A stretch of 64,000 bases of DNA from Ramazzottius varieornatus (Eukaryota; Animalia; Tardigrada): NCBI GenBank assembly GCA_001949185.1, contig BDGG01000002.1, positions 1,257,851 through 1,321,850 on the forward strand, written 5' to 3'. Of this stretch, positions 12,361 to 25,366 are shown in pieces. The stretch's first letter is position 1, and each line of letters starts with the position of its first letter. The translations under genes and the position numbers were made by a program. Under the pieces are notes generated by a model. It did not search any database and was not told where the DNA came from. It was given only the letters and a program-made list of their open reading frames with translations.

Positions 12361-13522
12361 TAATTTTGACTACGATACGACTTTGATTAATACGATAAAA
12401 GTCATTCAAGTGCCCACTCGATAAAAGTCATTTGCACGGAATGGTCCGCGTTCAGTTCGGCTTCCATTCTATCACCACCCATCATCGTTATCAGTCCACA
12501 CCGTCCATCCGTTTCTTTAGTAGCATTCACCGAAGTCCTTTCAAGAGGCATTCTTGAAGGTTGGCTTCGCTAGTTTCTTTCCGTCAAATTTATATACGCA
12601 GTTCAAATCTTTCATGTTCATACCCACAGGTCTTCTTGACCCAGGATTGTCAGCATCACAGGTAGATTTAGCGAGGAGTATAGCCAAAGCGGGAGAGTAC
12701 CAGGTTCATGTTTCTCTTCTCCCTTCGTGTGGTTGTCTGGCTGTGCCCTGTCGTCTTTCGCAGGTTCCAACAAATCACAGTGGTCAAAGAATCAACGTGC
12801 GTTAATTATCAAAGATGAAATGGGGAATTATGTGTTGTACTTCTCTGAGAAAAACCTCAAGAGTCAAAACGGAAAGCCCTGCTGTCCAGAACACAAGCAA
12901 TCGAGCCTTCAACTGGACAAGTCAAGTGCTCATAAAGAGAAAAACATTGGATGAAAGAGCTAAAGCAGGAAATGACGCGCAAGAGCTTGCAAAGGAAGGA
13001 GATCAAGTCATCTCTGTAGACTTGAGAGCCAGCACCGCAGCTTCTCCTAGACTACAGGTCAGCAAGCTACATGACATTGTGCAAAAGCAGCAGCAGTAAC
13101 AGCAGGAAGAACAGCTAGAATCAGCAGGTCTGACTATCATCGTTCAAAACCAGAAGGCGCGCATATGCTTGGAATAAAAGCCCGAAACGTCACCGAAGTG
13201 CAGTACAATCTTTGCGCCAGTCGCAAAACCTAACATCTGCCAACATCACATGGAAGCAGTCTCCTTTGGTCGATCTTCAATGAGTTAATCTTCAGAAGGT
13301 CAAATGATGAGTAACATCCGCCCGCTACACAACAACCCATCCAACCCGATACATAATACGTCTAAAAAAAGTACCATGAGAAACGGTTGGAACGTGGGCA
13401 ACTAAACTGAACTAGATCCTTCATTCAAATGGCGCGCCTTATCTTTGTCACTGGCTGGATGAAGTGCGCTACTTAGGAAAACGATCTGGGCTAATTCATT
13501 TGCCGACGTTGCAATTTTCGTG

Positions 13523-13690
13523 CACGCACGAGGGGAAAGCATGGGACAATAAAAACCTTGGGACAGGCGGGAAGGACGGCAAAATGGAAATTCGACCGTG
13601 GAAAAGTGTCGAGAAGTGTGGCGTACGTACGTACGTGCTTCCATATCGCCGTAGCGAAAAGGCCTATCCCATAATTTCCAATCGTACGTG
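13523..13690. mobile_element. MITE (CACGCACGA-type TIR family)
   Basis: CACGCACGAGGGGAAA ... CCCATAATTTCCAATCGTACGTG|TA; internal GGACGGCAAAATGGAAAT block shared with 5872-6068. Confidence 0.7.
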
Positions 13691-14129
13691 TACCGGTAAG
13701 CATTGAGCTTGCAAGAATAGTCATGATTAAAGTGAATCGACGTACCTCTGAGTTGCGAGTTCACGATCTCTTCGAGCTGTCTTCAGCCGCAACAGGCTTC
13801 TGATCCTTCATCACAGTGTCGTAGGTAGGAGGACCTTGACTAAAGGACTGGCTAACGGCCACGTTCCCTGCCAAGAACTCGCACAAGCGTACCGGAGACT
13901 CCCGTGTTGTCTTGGACTTTGCCCTGTTTTTCCCTTCACTGCCCTCAGAACACAGGTCATTCGAGCAGCCGGACGACCGGCCTTTGCATTTGGTGGTCTT
14001 GAGCTGTCTGGCACTTGGTCGTGACTTTGCTGTTGTTACGAAGCCCACCAGCGACTCCACCACCTAGAAAAACATCTAAGTAATAATTGTATCAATACAT
14101 GTGTATTATCCACATCACAGTATGAGTAA

Positions 14130-14358
14130 TCGGGCCGGGCGAAGCGAGGCCCTTCTTAGTCTGTCGAGATATCAATGGACGATCAGATTGTTGGAGCTTT
14201 CACGTATCGCAAACTCTGTATTGAAAATAAATGCGTACCTTGATCCGGGCAACAGAAATTTTTTATTCGCAACTGCAACGCAACGCAGTAGAAATGTGCG
14301 GCCTATAATCTTTTGCCTCCTTTGCTCGGCCTTCCCAGTGGTCAGAACCACTAGCTAG
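14130..14358 (+). mobile_element. ~230 bp non-autonomous Helitron-like element, copy C (diverged)
   Basis: A|TCGGGCCGGGCGAAGCGAGGCCC ... CTCGGCCTTCCCAGTGGTCAGAACCACTAGCTAG|T; same termini as 7808-8121. Confidence 0.75.
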
Positions 14359-15303
14359 TATTTATGGGTATGGTGACGCACACAGCACACTCGTGTGTTG
14401 ACGAAATGCTTGATATTCATGAAGCATTACAGTGCGCCACCTACCAGCTCGAAATGGTCAACCTTCATAATTTGCTGTTGACCACCAGGCATATCTAAAA
14501 TTCCACCAAGATACAAAAATGTTTGGGCTAGGGCTACAATTTTTGAAGAGGGAGTTTCCCTCAGTAATATGCAGGATGTGGATTCCCTTACTTCTTTGAT
14601 TCTGCTGCTTTTGGAAAAAGACGTCGAATCACTCGAACCCTTTGGGGGAACGAGATCACTTCCGGCTTGAGTTCGGTAGGGTGGTTGCATTCGACAAGCT
14701 TTGAAGGAGTCGCCCAGACAGCGATGACCAGGGGCAAAGTAGTTCTCGCAGATGTTATAGTCGACGGTGCGATTCGGTGGCGCCTGGATTGTGTTGCTCA
14801 TAATAACAGTCTGTAACCGGAAATTGGTGTATTCTTCAAAGCGCGCAGACGGTAGACCGCGCTCTTCACCGTCTAACAAACGTATCGTACGCGGAAGATC
14901 CCTTCTCTGAGCCTCTACGCCAGTTTGTCCACTTCTCCTGCACAAACAGAGGAAAAATTCAACACCGAGTCATTCCCTGGTTGCCAGCGTAGCTGGGAAT
15001 TTGTTCAGCTCGTTCCAAATCGCGCGTGGACCTGCCTATTTCTACGAAAACAGCGAACAAAGCTGTGCTGGGTTCGAACCTGTCAGTAGAAATGGGTAGC
15101 TGCGGCCCATTCTCAGTACAACTGACCTCTGACCAAATTGTTCCGGAAACTAGTTTTAAGTTTTAGGACCCCAAGGGCAAAGTTACGGCAAACTTACCGC
15201 ACGATGCCCTTTGATATTCCTAACAACTTCGGAAGCAAAATCGATTGTACTGGGAACGGGCCTCAGCTACCCAAATATCGTAAAAAAGGCCAGATGAGCT
15301 ATT

Positions 15304-15879
15304 AATATTAGGGTGATGCTATATGTACCCCTTAGAACCACGTTTGGCTACAGGCACCCCTATCACACCCCGTTTAGCTATAGGCACTCCGATTTAATTC
15401 ATTAATTCAAACACTTGGATGCGATATCACTATGGGCACTATGGTTATCACTATGGACACCCCTGTTTTTGAAATCAGTCTTTCCTTCGAAATTTTTGGG
15501 CCAGATGTACGCCGTGTTACAACCGAATGTACTGTGGTATCTTGACCACCCCGCTGTAGTAATCTTGCCCATGCCATTGTAGTAACTTTGTTGCAGCATT
15601 CGTACTATTTTGCTCGACTATGTCTGACAGTGGGGTTGTTGATGATAAAGCCAGTGACGAAAAACTTCTGCCATCTTCTGATGGCAAGAACGGTAAAGTT
15701 GATCCACCAGACGCTGATCATATCCATGTACCTGTTATCACGGAGGGCAAGGACCTTAAGGAAGAATACGACACCCTGTAGGGGTGCATTTAGCAAAACA
15801 GGAATTAAATGAGGGTGCGATGAGGGTGCCTATAGCCAAACGGGGTTTTTGGGGTGCCTATAGCCATTTCCTTAATATT
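15304..15879. mobile_element. Non-autonomous TIR element with subterminal GCTATAGGCAC repeats
   Basis: Left AATATTAGGGTGATGCTATATGTACCCC...GGCTACAGGCACCCC...GCTATAGGCACTCC is mirrored by GGGTGCCTATAGCC x2...CCTTAATATT. Confidence 0.65.
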
Positions 15880-16064
15880 GATAAAAAGCCAGAAAAGTTG
15901 TCGGATTTCCGGCTGTTTGGACTGTTCTGTTTCATCCCAAAGGTTATTATAGTGTTTAGAAAATTATTGTATACGTGGTAGGAATTTTTTCTTCCAACAG
16001 TATTCGGTGGAGTCTCATGATCAGGTAATACATCTACAAGGACTGATTAATGGCCATGGGTGTA

Positions 16065-16538
16065 CATGTGCGGTGGAAAAATATGGGACAGTGAAAAGGA
16101 TGGGACAGGCCGTTTCGCTATGGCGGCACGGAAGCACGTACATGGCTGATTCTCTCCAATAGAGTCCGGAAAAAGTTTTTGCATCAGTTGATTGTCAATC
16201 AATACCAGTGACGTTTTCGCACGACGCGGAAGTTTTGCATTTTTATTCGCCACGTGGTCAAGCTTGCGACTTCCAGTTAGCACGTGTCTCTGTGGCTGCT
16301 TTATCGAAATCGTACGTCTTCGGATTTGGCACAGCAACCGGCTGTACGTGTAAGACACACGTATGAGCCCGAAGCGCAGGCGATTTTGCCGGGAATAACG
16401 GGATTGCTAGTTTTAATGTTTCCAGTCTCTACTCTCCAAAAATTTTTTTGAAGACTTTTCCACGGTTGGAATTCCATTTTGCCATCCTTTCCGCCTGCTC
16501 CATAATTTGTACTGTCTCATAGTTTCTTATCCTACGTG
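16065..16538. mobile_element. Diverged, interrupted copy of the CACGCACGA-type MITE
   Basis: Both ends match 16572-16765 (AATATGGGACAG...; CCATTTTGCC...CATAATTTGTACTG...CGTG|TA) with about 250 bp of extra internal sequence. Confidence 0.5.
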
Positions 16539-16571
16539 TACGGCCAGCGGCGATGGTGCGTTACAAGTGTA

Positions 16572-16765
16572 CACGCACGACGGGAAATTATCGGGCCAGT
16601 AAAAATTGTGGGACCAGGCCTTTTCGCTACGGCGGTACGGCAAGCACGTAACCGATTCACAGTAATGCACTTTTGGACACTTTTCGACGTTTGAATTTCC
16701 ATTTTGCCGTCTTTTCCGCCTGGTCTCATAATTTCTACTCGCCCCATAATTTCCCGTCGTGTGTG
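16572..16765. mobile_element. MITE (CACGCACGA-type TIR family)
   Basis: TA|CACGCACGACGGGAAATTAT ... ATAATTTCCCGTCGTGTGTG|TA. Confidence 0.85.
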
Positions 16766-18432
16766 TACTTCAAAAGGTGCGCGAGGGGTAATTTGAGTTG
16801 ACTTTATCTCGGTTGACTATGTGGTGCTTGTCTGGCTCGGCTAGGAACGTCATACAGTAATTTATGACTAGTAATTTTCTGCATATCAATGGAAAGTAAG
16901 CCAGGCCAACAATCGCTCAGATCACATATCACATATTGCTTCCTCTCGAACTTTGGTTGCGAATTTGACAGATATAAAGACCCATCAAATACAATATCCC
17001 ATCGGTCCAAGAAAGCCCCAACTACCAAAGTGTACAATTTTCAACAGCCCCATCATTTCAAGCCCTTGTCTAATAAAGCTTTCGTCAACCGTGTTTCACT
17101 TCACTGTATCACGCTCCATACTGTATCGGTTGTTCACCGATTGTTTTTTCCTACAATGACAGTTCTAGTGCATGTTAGGGAGACCCTGATGGAAGGCAAT
17201 AAAGGAACCTACGGTGTTCGTGAGCTCTGATGAACATGTCCCATCCTCCTTTGTTCTGCGGCTCCTCGACTTGTTAAACCGCTTCGAACTTCTGGCAACA
17301 AGCCCGTCGAAGCATTCGATTGCAAGATGGGTAGATACCCCTTGTCATCAGCAGCAGACTCGCTGCTTCTCGTCTCAAAGGTGCGTGAGCTGACCGAAGA
17401 GGTCTCCGCGAAAGAAAACGATGAGGTGGATGAGGAAGCACTGGACAAGCTGGGAGAGACCGACGAAGACTTGGAGATGGTCGAGCTGCTTTCGTCAGCA
17501 TTGTCCGACTGTAATTTCGTGGAGGGCTCTACATAACAAGACCAACGAGAACATCAATATATGCACGATGGGATTTCATACATATGCCAAATCATGACGT
17601 TTTCTAGTTCTTAATACATTCACGAATATTAAAGTGTGTTTTTGAGCAATTCTGAACGGTTCATCTGACTATCGGGACTAGACGTACCAGCCTGAGAGAG
17701 CAAGAGGTGTGGCTGAAAATGGGAAGAGGGCTGGTCGGCCATTCAGCTGTGGTCGAATCAGTCAAAATGAGCGGTGCATGTTGATGGATGTCCGAATGTT
17801 ATTTCCGATGGCGCTTACAATAATTGGAAGATGGAGCGAATGTCCTGTGCAGCGGGCTCTCCCTTTCCTTCGGCTCAGCCCCGCAATCTGCAACACATCA
17901 AAACGGAGCTTCTGTCAATGTTCCATGCCGCCACCGTGAATTCATCGGAGACCTCGTCGGAAAAAAACCCAGCGTGTGATACGAGAACGACAGGAGGAAA
18001 CTAGGACAAACGCTGTGTACCGGCTGGCACTACACAACTAGTCCTACATAATAAACCACACAAACCACTGACCTTACAGTACGAGCAAGCCAGCCTTTAA
18101 AGTTTACCCATGAACGGAGGGACATTCGATATATCGAGCTGAGTAAGGCCCATGATGCTGAGTTAAAGTTAGACCAACGAGACGGCGAAAGCGCTTGAAC
18201 GATCGACGAGCTTTTACAAGTAGGCTAACCTTCAACAGCGAGCTCGAGGCTACAAGTCTCACTCTAGCCGCACTAAACACTCGCCAGTGTTTACAGCCAA
18301 AGCATATAACCAAACACGTACCCCAAAGAAAAGGCCGGAAGGAGATACCATTTCTCCATTTGTCAGCGTAAACATACCTCAGCCACAGAAACACACTCAC
18401 GCTGACGCATTTTCTAGTACAGTAGTACAGTA

Positions 18433-18589
18433 CTGTATTCCCCCGATATCTCCGCGAAGCTTGATACCCATGGCGCCACCTACGAAACGTACATGACGTA
18501 CGGCAGATAGGCGCGCATGTACGGATGACGTACTTCCTTCAGGTGGCGCCACGAGTAACGGGATTCGCGAAGATATCGGGGGAATACAG
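18433..18589. mobile_element. 157 bp TA-flanked MITE
   Basis: TA|CTGTATTCCCCCGATATCTCCGCGAA ... TTCGCGAAGATATCGGGGGAATACAG|TA. Confidence 0.85.
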
Positions 18590-18607
18590 TACTTGGGTAT
18601 TTCCCTA

Positions 18608-18762
18608 CGAGGGAAAAGTTGTAAAGTTAGCCGGCGTAGGCCGAAGTTGTAAAGTTAGCCGCATCTTATAAAGCTTAGGCCTTTTGATGGCCTACTTCTA
18701 TTATTGGGTGGCTAAACTTACAACTCCGGCACCACCCGGCTAACTTTATGACTTTTCCCTCG
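18608..18762. mobile_element. 155 bp mariner-like MITE
   Basis: TA|CGAGGGAAAAGTTGTAAAGTTAGCCGG ... CCGGCTAACTTTATGACTTTTCCCTCG|TA; solo ends of the same family near 54116-54144 and 63861-63890. Confidence 0.85.
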
Positions 18763-21700
18763 TACTTAAACAGCTCGCATCTCAGAAGCTTATCATGAAG
18801 TACCTTGACCATCCAGCACAGTATATGTTTCCAATGCCAAAGGTGATCTTGGACAGATTCTAGGTTGTCCAAGATAAGTAATAACCGGATATATAATCCC
18901 GATAACACATAAAAAGGAGAGAAAATGAGCAACACAAGTGCCGGCAAGCAAACAAACTTGGTTTGTAGAAACTTTTGCTCGGTTTTTTAGAAATGCGGTT
19001 TTTGGTCGAAATTCCGACTTGAACGTTTTGTAGCATCAGATTGTAGAGAAAAATTCGGGCTTTAGGATGATCCTGTACGACAGTTTCGCCACGAAATGGC
19101 TGGATTACAGTACGATGAGGAAACTGCGGTATTTGGAAGACGCGCTTTTTTCCCTTGGGACGAATGCGAGTTCTGCGCTTCATAGACATGCCGCGTGCCG
19201 TTGTCGTACAAGTGCTGAATCTCTGGCGGGGGTTCTAGGGCAACACATCTGGACCGGGGCTTAATATTACGTGTACCGATGACGTGTCACGGCACGGTCA
19301 CGAAGCACCGCAATACTGGACCCTGGTCTACTTTCTCCCATAGTTCTGTACCCAAATGTTGGATACGGAGTCTTCTGAGCCCATTTTAACCCGTTAAATC
19401 ACTACAAGAAGGTACCTGTGCACTCGGTTGTCCACTTGAACGAAGGCGTCTTTTCTTTAACACCTTGAGCACGACGCGATTTCGTGCTTTCAGAATACGC
19501 TGAGGGAAAGTCACTTTCGCCTGTTTTCAACTGGTCGAATCTGGAGGCGGTGCTAAACTAAGCCAATCACCACCTCGCCGATTGGCCAAAATTTGGGAGT
19601 ATGATGTAGAGTGCGCCACCTACTAAGTCAAAACGGCTTAGCTTCATGATTTTTTCTTGACCACTGGGCAGATCTTTTCACGAATCTCAAACTGCCGTGG
19701 AGTACCAGAGTGCTTGGGCTTAGTCTACCATTTTTGTGGAGACTCTGGAGTAGCAGATTGCCTGGCTAGAAAATAATCTGTTAGCGTTGGTAAAATTCCA
19801 TCGGAAACGGAAAAAATTCCACATAGTTTTGCAGAGCCCCTTCCCAGTGCGAGTTTGTTGCAGTTTGGAAAGAAATTGATTCTTTAGGCAAACGAAAAAG
19901 AACTTGGAGCACAAGTTAAACGGGAATCTCGCTGCACACAAATGAGTGTGCGCCAGGAAAATGAGTTTCCCGCCCCGTGCCCAGGATGTTAACAATAGCG
20001 GTACACTCGAAAAACCCGATCTCTGTACTTAAATCGCGTTGTGTGCTAAGTAACACCTTCCCAAGTCTTGTCCATACAGCACCATATTATGAAGTAGACA
20101 TTGAACGCTCCGTCTCGGCAGATTCTAGCCTCATTTTATTGTTGAATCGATAACGAACCACTATAATCACAAAGACGGCATGTGCCAAGTCGATCTCTGT
20201 TCGTGGCGTTCTTCCCTTCGGTTTGACAATTAATGCGCAACACGAGAGAACCCGAAGAAACTGCTCATCAATAAAAACCACGTGAATGGTTCGCCGAACT
20301 CAAACCCCTTTTACGGAAGACTGAATGTGGGACTCTTCGATCTATTAATGTGAAAAGTCAATGTGGGACTCTTCGATCTATATGCGCTGTAACATTGATC
20401 TTCTCACTTACGTCAGCGTAAAGTGTACTTTGTCTACTAAGCACATCTGACCTCGAGCAGGAATTCTACAGGATAGAAGTGGAGAAGCAGTCCCTCGTAG
20501 ACGTCGAGTCTTGTCCAATAAAGAAACGCGTCTGTCTTGCTGGAAAATGCTCGGATCCAGCCGGTATACTGTCGCATCACGAAACCAATCGACAGCAGCA
20601 GGACGGCAGTTCTTCGTAACCAAGACCTCATAGTCTAACTTAGGAACTTCACTGAGAGAACAAGCGGCTATCATGTGTTACTAATTGAAGAAAGCGAATA
20701 CTTTGCATATGCAATTACATGAGCTCACAAATACACTAGACTCGTCAGCCTAATCCTTACGGAACGCGGTGCGCACTTCGGACTTACGGTTTTTGCATTG
20801 TAAGGAGCCACCTTAGGGTGTACGAGGTGCTCGGAATGGCAGAAAATGGCTCCCGTATGCGCAACAACATTCCGTTCTTCGAGACATTCCGACGATCTCC
20901 GAATAACCGTCTTTTGTTCGGCAGGGAAGGGAAGTTCGGCGCGGCTTTCTCGAGCCCCATGTCTGCGGCGTTCAATACTGCCGAAAGGTTCCCGATAACA
21001 CATACATATCTTTACGCCAGCTCGTTTAACCAATCAAACCAGTCAAGTAGCCCTGCTGGACAGCTAGTAACGTCAGCAACATGCAGGCTGCAACAGAACT
21101 TTCAAAGTTCATTTTCGAAATTTTCAGTTTTCGATTTTGTTTCTGGAGTAAACTTCTTGACTTCTTGTGGTTGTCTTTCTTACTCAACTGCATCATGCAG
21201 TAACTGCAATAGGTTATCGTCAGCCCTAACTTTCCATTTGTTTCATCATAACTCCTGAGCCCGTTGACCGTTCTCCAAAACTTGAATTTCCAGATGGGCT
21301 TTACATCACGCTTTACATCACGCTTTACATCACAAAACAATTGGCAGCCGGCCGAAAGCGGCAATGGGCAGCTCAATTAAGAGGACTTTGCCGCTTTTTC
21401 GGTCGGCTGCCGACTATTTTGTCCATGCCAACAGTCAGGCCAGTAGCCATTATGAGAATCTAACAGAAATCGGTTTCAGAAACATTTTTAGAGTAGGATT
21501 TCCCGTCGGGGTGCTGCCTTTGATATTCGCTTACAGGTGCATGCAGGGGTGGAGGAGGCAACATGGACGGAGCCACAGTTCGCGGTCCCTGTGCCCCGAC
21601 CCGTAGGCTAGACGCAGAACCTGGCTGGGTTTGCAACGAGGCCGTGTTGCAGTTTAGGGAGCACTCATCAATGAAGTCAGATACCCAGGGACGAGTGATG

Positions 21701-22825
21701 AGTCCACGAAGCCTGACAGCAACGTTATGAAAGCCGACGGATTGCTTGAATTGCCTAAGAAGGGAGGGGATAGTAAGTAAGGTCTTTACCATATCTGTCG
21801 TTATTTATGGATGCCCCCTTGCTCCTGGATTATCTAATTTTCCGTAAGCTGCTTTTACATGTTTATCTTTTTTTTGCCTACAGCAACGGCTGTCCGGAAG
21901 AGGCTACCTTAGCGCCAGGAAGAGGTGATAGCACAGACGGTCCTGCGTGGATGCTCAGCTGAAAACAGCCGTTCTGTGGTAAACCGTAACAGGCAATGCA
22001 CGAAGAGACACATAACCTGTTTCCGTTCTCAGCGATAACAAGATATTTCGGAAGAGCAATGATGGAAATCAGAACAGAATCGAAGAGGCACTGTTGTACT
22101 AAAGAAAATCTCATCGGAAATTTTGAAATTTCCGAAGAGCGGTAAATTTTTACCGGAAACCAATCAAGGTCTCTATGTTGGGACGTTAATCAGCCGACGA
22201 CAATGTGCCAACCTGATCTACTCGACTCGAACGATGAGTGCAAGCGTGGCTTTGCTCCGAGTTCAGCGAGTGTGTGTCACGAGGTTTTACTTGGCCTATT
22301 TACGGCACACCACGTGACTTCGTCTTGCGCAAATCCCATCTGTACTGTGCTGGCAGCTTCTTGCAGGTTGTTCGCTCGCTTCGGCCCTCCGTCCAGTGCT
22401 CAATGTTGAGCTTTTTGAATGATGCAGCTTTCATGGTCATGAAGTAGGATGTTTATTAACAATGTTTCTATGCTTGCGGCTGGCAGATGCCCGTGCCGTA
22501 AAGAAGAAAGACTTTGTTTCCTGTGTAATTCGGTCGATTGAAGGCGTACACACGCTCCAAACCTAATCCAATTTCTCCGGTGAACAGACTGTATACACAA
22601 GTGGCGGCGCGGCGGCGCCACATAATAGCAAGTCTCAAGTTCAGCTACAAAAGCAGATCGTGCCATATTTTGCAGCAAAGCTGCCCTTGTGTAAGATGTT
22701 AAAAAACGGTGACCTAGTGCAATGTTGCTTGCAGTAGAAACAATTTGTTCTCCGTAACAATGTTGGACTCTGTCGCCCAAACGCAATGAAAAATCGCCAT
22801 TCCTAGAATTGTCTCTGAGGTTAAA

Positions 22826-24119
22826 ATGCACTTCGGTCTGGATTTCTTTGAACTCTTTGCCAAGCACGGTCATGTCTTTACCCTGGTCTTCTCCATGTGG
22901 TGTTTCTTGTTTCACACAGGTTCTTCCTTCGTCATCAATTCAGACTCACAACGGTATCGCACCTGGCCAAACGGGATTGTAAACTTCATATTACCACCGA
23001 ACGAATATAGTGAGTTTCATTCCCAATTTTTCTGTCACAGTGCTATCTCGAAAAGCCGGTGTACTGTTCATACGTGCCTTATCAGATGCTCAAGAGGAAG
23101 GAGTGATACGTCAGGCGATGCAGCAGATCCAGAACGACATGAGCGGATGTGTTCGTTTTCAGGAAGTCTTTCGACCAACGACGCCAGGTCTTCGCTACAC
23201 TGTCATCACACACAACGGCGGACTTTCTGGGTACACAAACCGAGGAACGAGTTTTGATGTGCTATTGTGGTCGGTATATTCACCCCCTCATGAAAAAGCA
23301 TGTCCTTTGCAGAGTGGGAGGGCAGTCCTGTTATGCCTTTCCTGGGATGGTAGTTAGCCAAACTGGTCAAGGGCAGTTTATGGCCATGCAAGGGGGAACC
23401 AACGGATGTCTGGCTAGTCCACGACAAGCTATGCGGCTGCTAGTAAGCCTACTGGGTCTTCGAAGCGAGCACAATAAGCCCAACAGGTGGTTTCGAAAAG
23501 TACTGTATGGTGATCACCTTTCATGCCCCTGAGTGTCCAAGCAATTTTTTGCAGAGACAATTTCATCCAGATCAATCAAGCCAACCTCAATGCCGGTATC
23601 AGTACTGAAATGGTTCTTTACACAGTTCCAGAGCTCTGTGTAGATTCAATTTGTTGCTTGCAGTTGCAATGGGAAATAACATTTTCAACATTTATGATGC
23701 CAGCAAATCTTTGTCCGACTCGGGGTTCGACTATAACTCAATCACGCTACCGGATTCGCAGACTGTCTATTCTAATAACGGCCAACCGACGATTGTCTCG
23801 AGAACCGGCACACCTTTCCAGAATCCCGGCAGACTTAGTCCTCAAGACTGCCAGGCGCTGCGCTACATGTACAACTGTAATATTCAGTGCAACGGCGAGT
23901 CAAACGGGTCAAACGGTACGCTGTCCAACTTCGCCTCTTTTTACTGCCAGTAAGCAGAGATCAAAAGTGTACGTATGCCGATTTTTATTGTCTCTGACAA
24001 CAGGTTTCACAACACCCCCACCACATCTACCATTCTCACCTTTTCCGACTGGCTTTACTTTTTTCTCAACTCGAGTTCCTTCTTCGACATTCGATGTCAG
24101 CGTGGATTTCAAGAAATAG
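22826..24119 (+). CDS. Secreted astacin-fold (M12A) protein lacking all catalytic residues, paralog 1
   Basis: Exons 22826-23009, 23086-23230, 23313-23486, 23555-23595, 23664-23915 and probably 24004-24119. Landmarks WPNGIV, IRQAM...GCVRF, SCYA..G, GC, EHNKPNRD, FDYNSI, LSPQD...MYNC. The zinc motif reads RLLVSLLGLRS. Start codon and last exon are uncertain (an alternative stop is at 23953). Confidence 0.85.
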
Positions 24120-25366
24120 ACCAACAGCTTGAATTTTTCCTGTCAGGAAATGACTTTTGTGTGCCATAAATTTCCTCAAAGAACAGGACGCTCGTACCAA
24201 TTTGCTACCACCTGTTACTTCCACGAGAAAAAAAATCAGATTGCCTCTTTCCCGCCCGTTCTTCCAGATTGTCCATACAACTTTCAAGCTGTCTCGGCTG
24301 AACTATGAGTCGTTTCGTAGTATTGAACAGCAGCTTAAAAAATTTGACTAGTGTGACTTCCAATGGGGAAGACCCATCGTGACGACTAAACTGTTGTCCA
24401 CAGAACCCATGTTAGAGTTTCGATCCGACATCTGCCATCAACAGGCCGATAACCGTCTTAGTTGCACGTGGAAATTGAAAAAACATCCACGGAGAACATC
24501 AAGATACTCAGCGATTGAATTTTAAACAATAAATTCGGCCATTCTGCCGAGAAACCTTGCTCTATGAAAAAAATTTTCACTCTTGACCTGATCGTCAGAT
24601 TCATGGTTTTGATGACTTTTCGAGTAGCCCAGCTCGTGGTCTAATTACAATCGTAATTGTAATTGATTTTAATTGTTATTCCAATCGCAGTGCCGCATGA
24701 CTTAAACGAAAAACTAATTTTTGGAAACGACCGCTAAAACCGCGAAAGCTGATAAACTTTTGGCTTCTCTCCTCCTCTAGCTTGATGTCAGTTACGACCC
24801 TTCCTTAAAAGATTTCTGGTCGTTGATTTCTCAACGGGTTGCAAAAAGGATGTCAGACCAGGAAAAACTAATGTGCAAGTTGAGGAACGATCCAGTCGAA
24901 AAAGCCATGATTTTATGGGTGGCAGCTAGTTGGTGCGAGCGCTCTGTAGTACTACTGTAGTACTATGGATAGTGTGCGGGCTGGTAGAGGAAATTCTCAA
25001 GTACGTCCCACTTTGGAAAAGTTTTCACTGAAAATCGCAACATGGGCACTTTTACCTACTTGGCTCACCTAGCCTACTCTCGAAAATGTTTTTGCATAAT
25101 TCTCAAGCCGTGGCGTTTCGAGTGTTCTGATTTTTATTATACAGTTTTGCGGTACATCCTGGCCTGCGATACTTGATACTTTTCTCGTGCGTAGCTCAAG
25201 ATCCACAAGGTACGCAAAAATAAAGTTGCAATTTGGGACTTCACGAGCTTCGTGTAAAATTTAGGTCAGCCACATGGCTGGGTATCCATATCATTGTCAC
25301 CTTCAGAGTTACCGCATAACCGTAATTCTTTAACTATTGGTTTTGCGCCAGTAGAGGTCTGTGGAG

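Noticed and set aside
14427-14945. 172-aa minus-strand ORF
   Set aside because: No recognisable domain, ATG context or supporting homolog in the window.
17209-17536. Acidic coding-like segment (EEVSAKENDEVDEEALDKL)
   Set aside because: Preceded by stops and cannot be assigned; probably a decayed gene or transposon tail.
20324-20382. 22-bp direct repeat AATGTGGGACTCTTCGATCTAT x2 (also TTTACATCACGC x3 near 21300)
   Set aside because: Local slippage duplications; not CRISPR (too few units, no spacers, eukaryotic context).
20400-21110. Possible second ANF-receptor-like relic on the minus strand (signal-like MNFESSVAAC..., ADMGLEKAAPNFP)
   Set aside because: Only faint resemblance; no diagnostic motif or consistent splice model.
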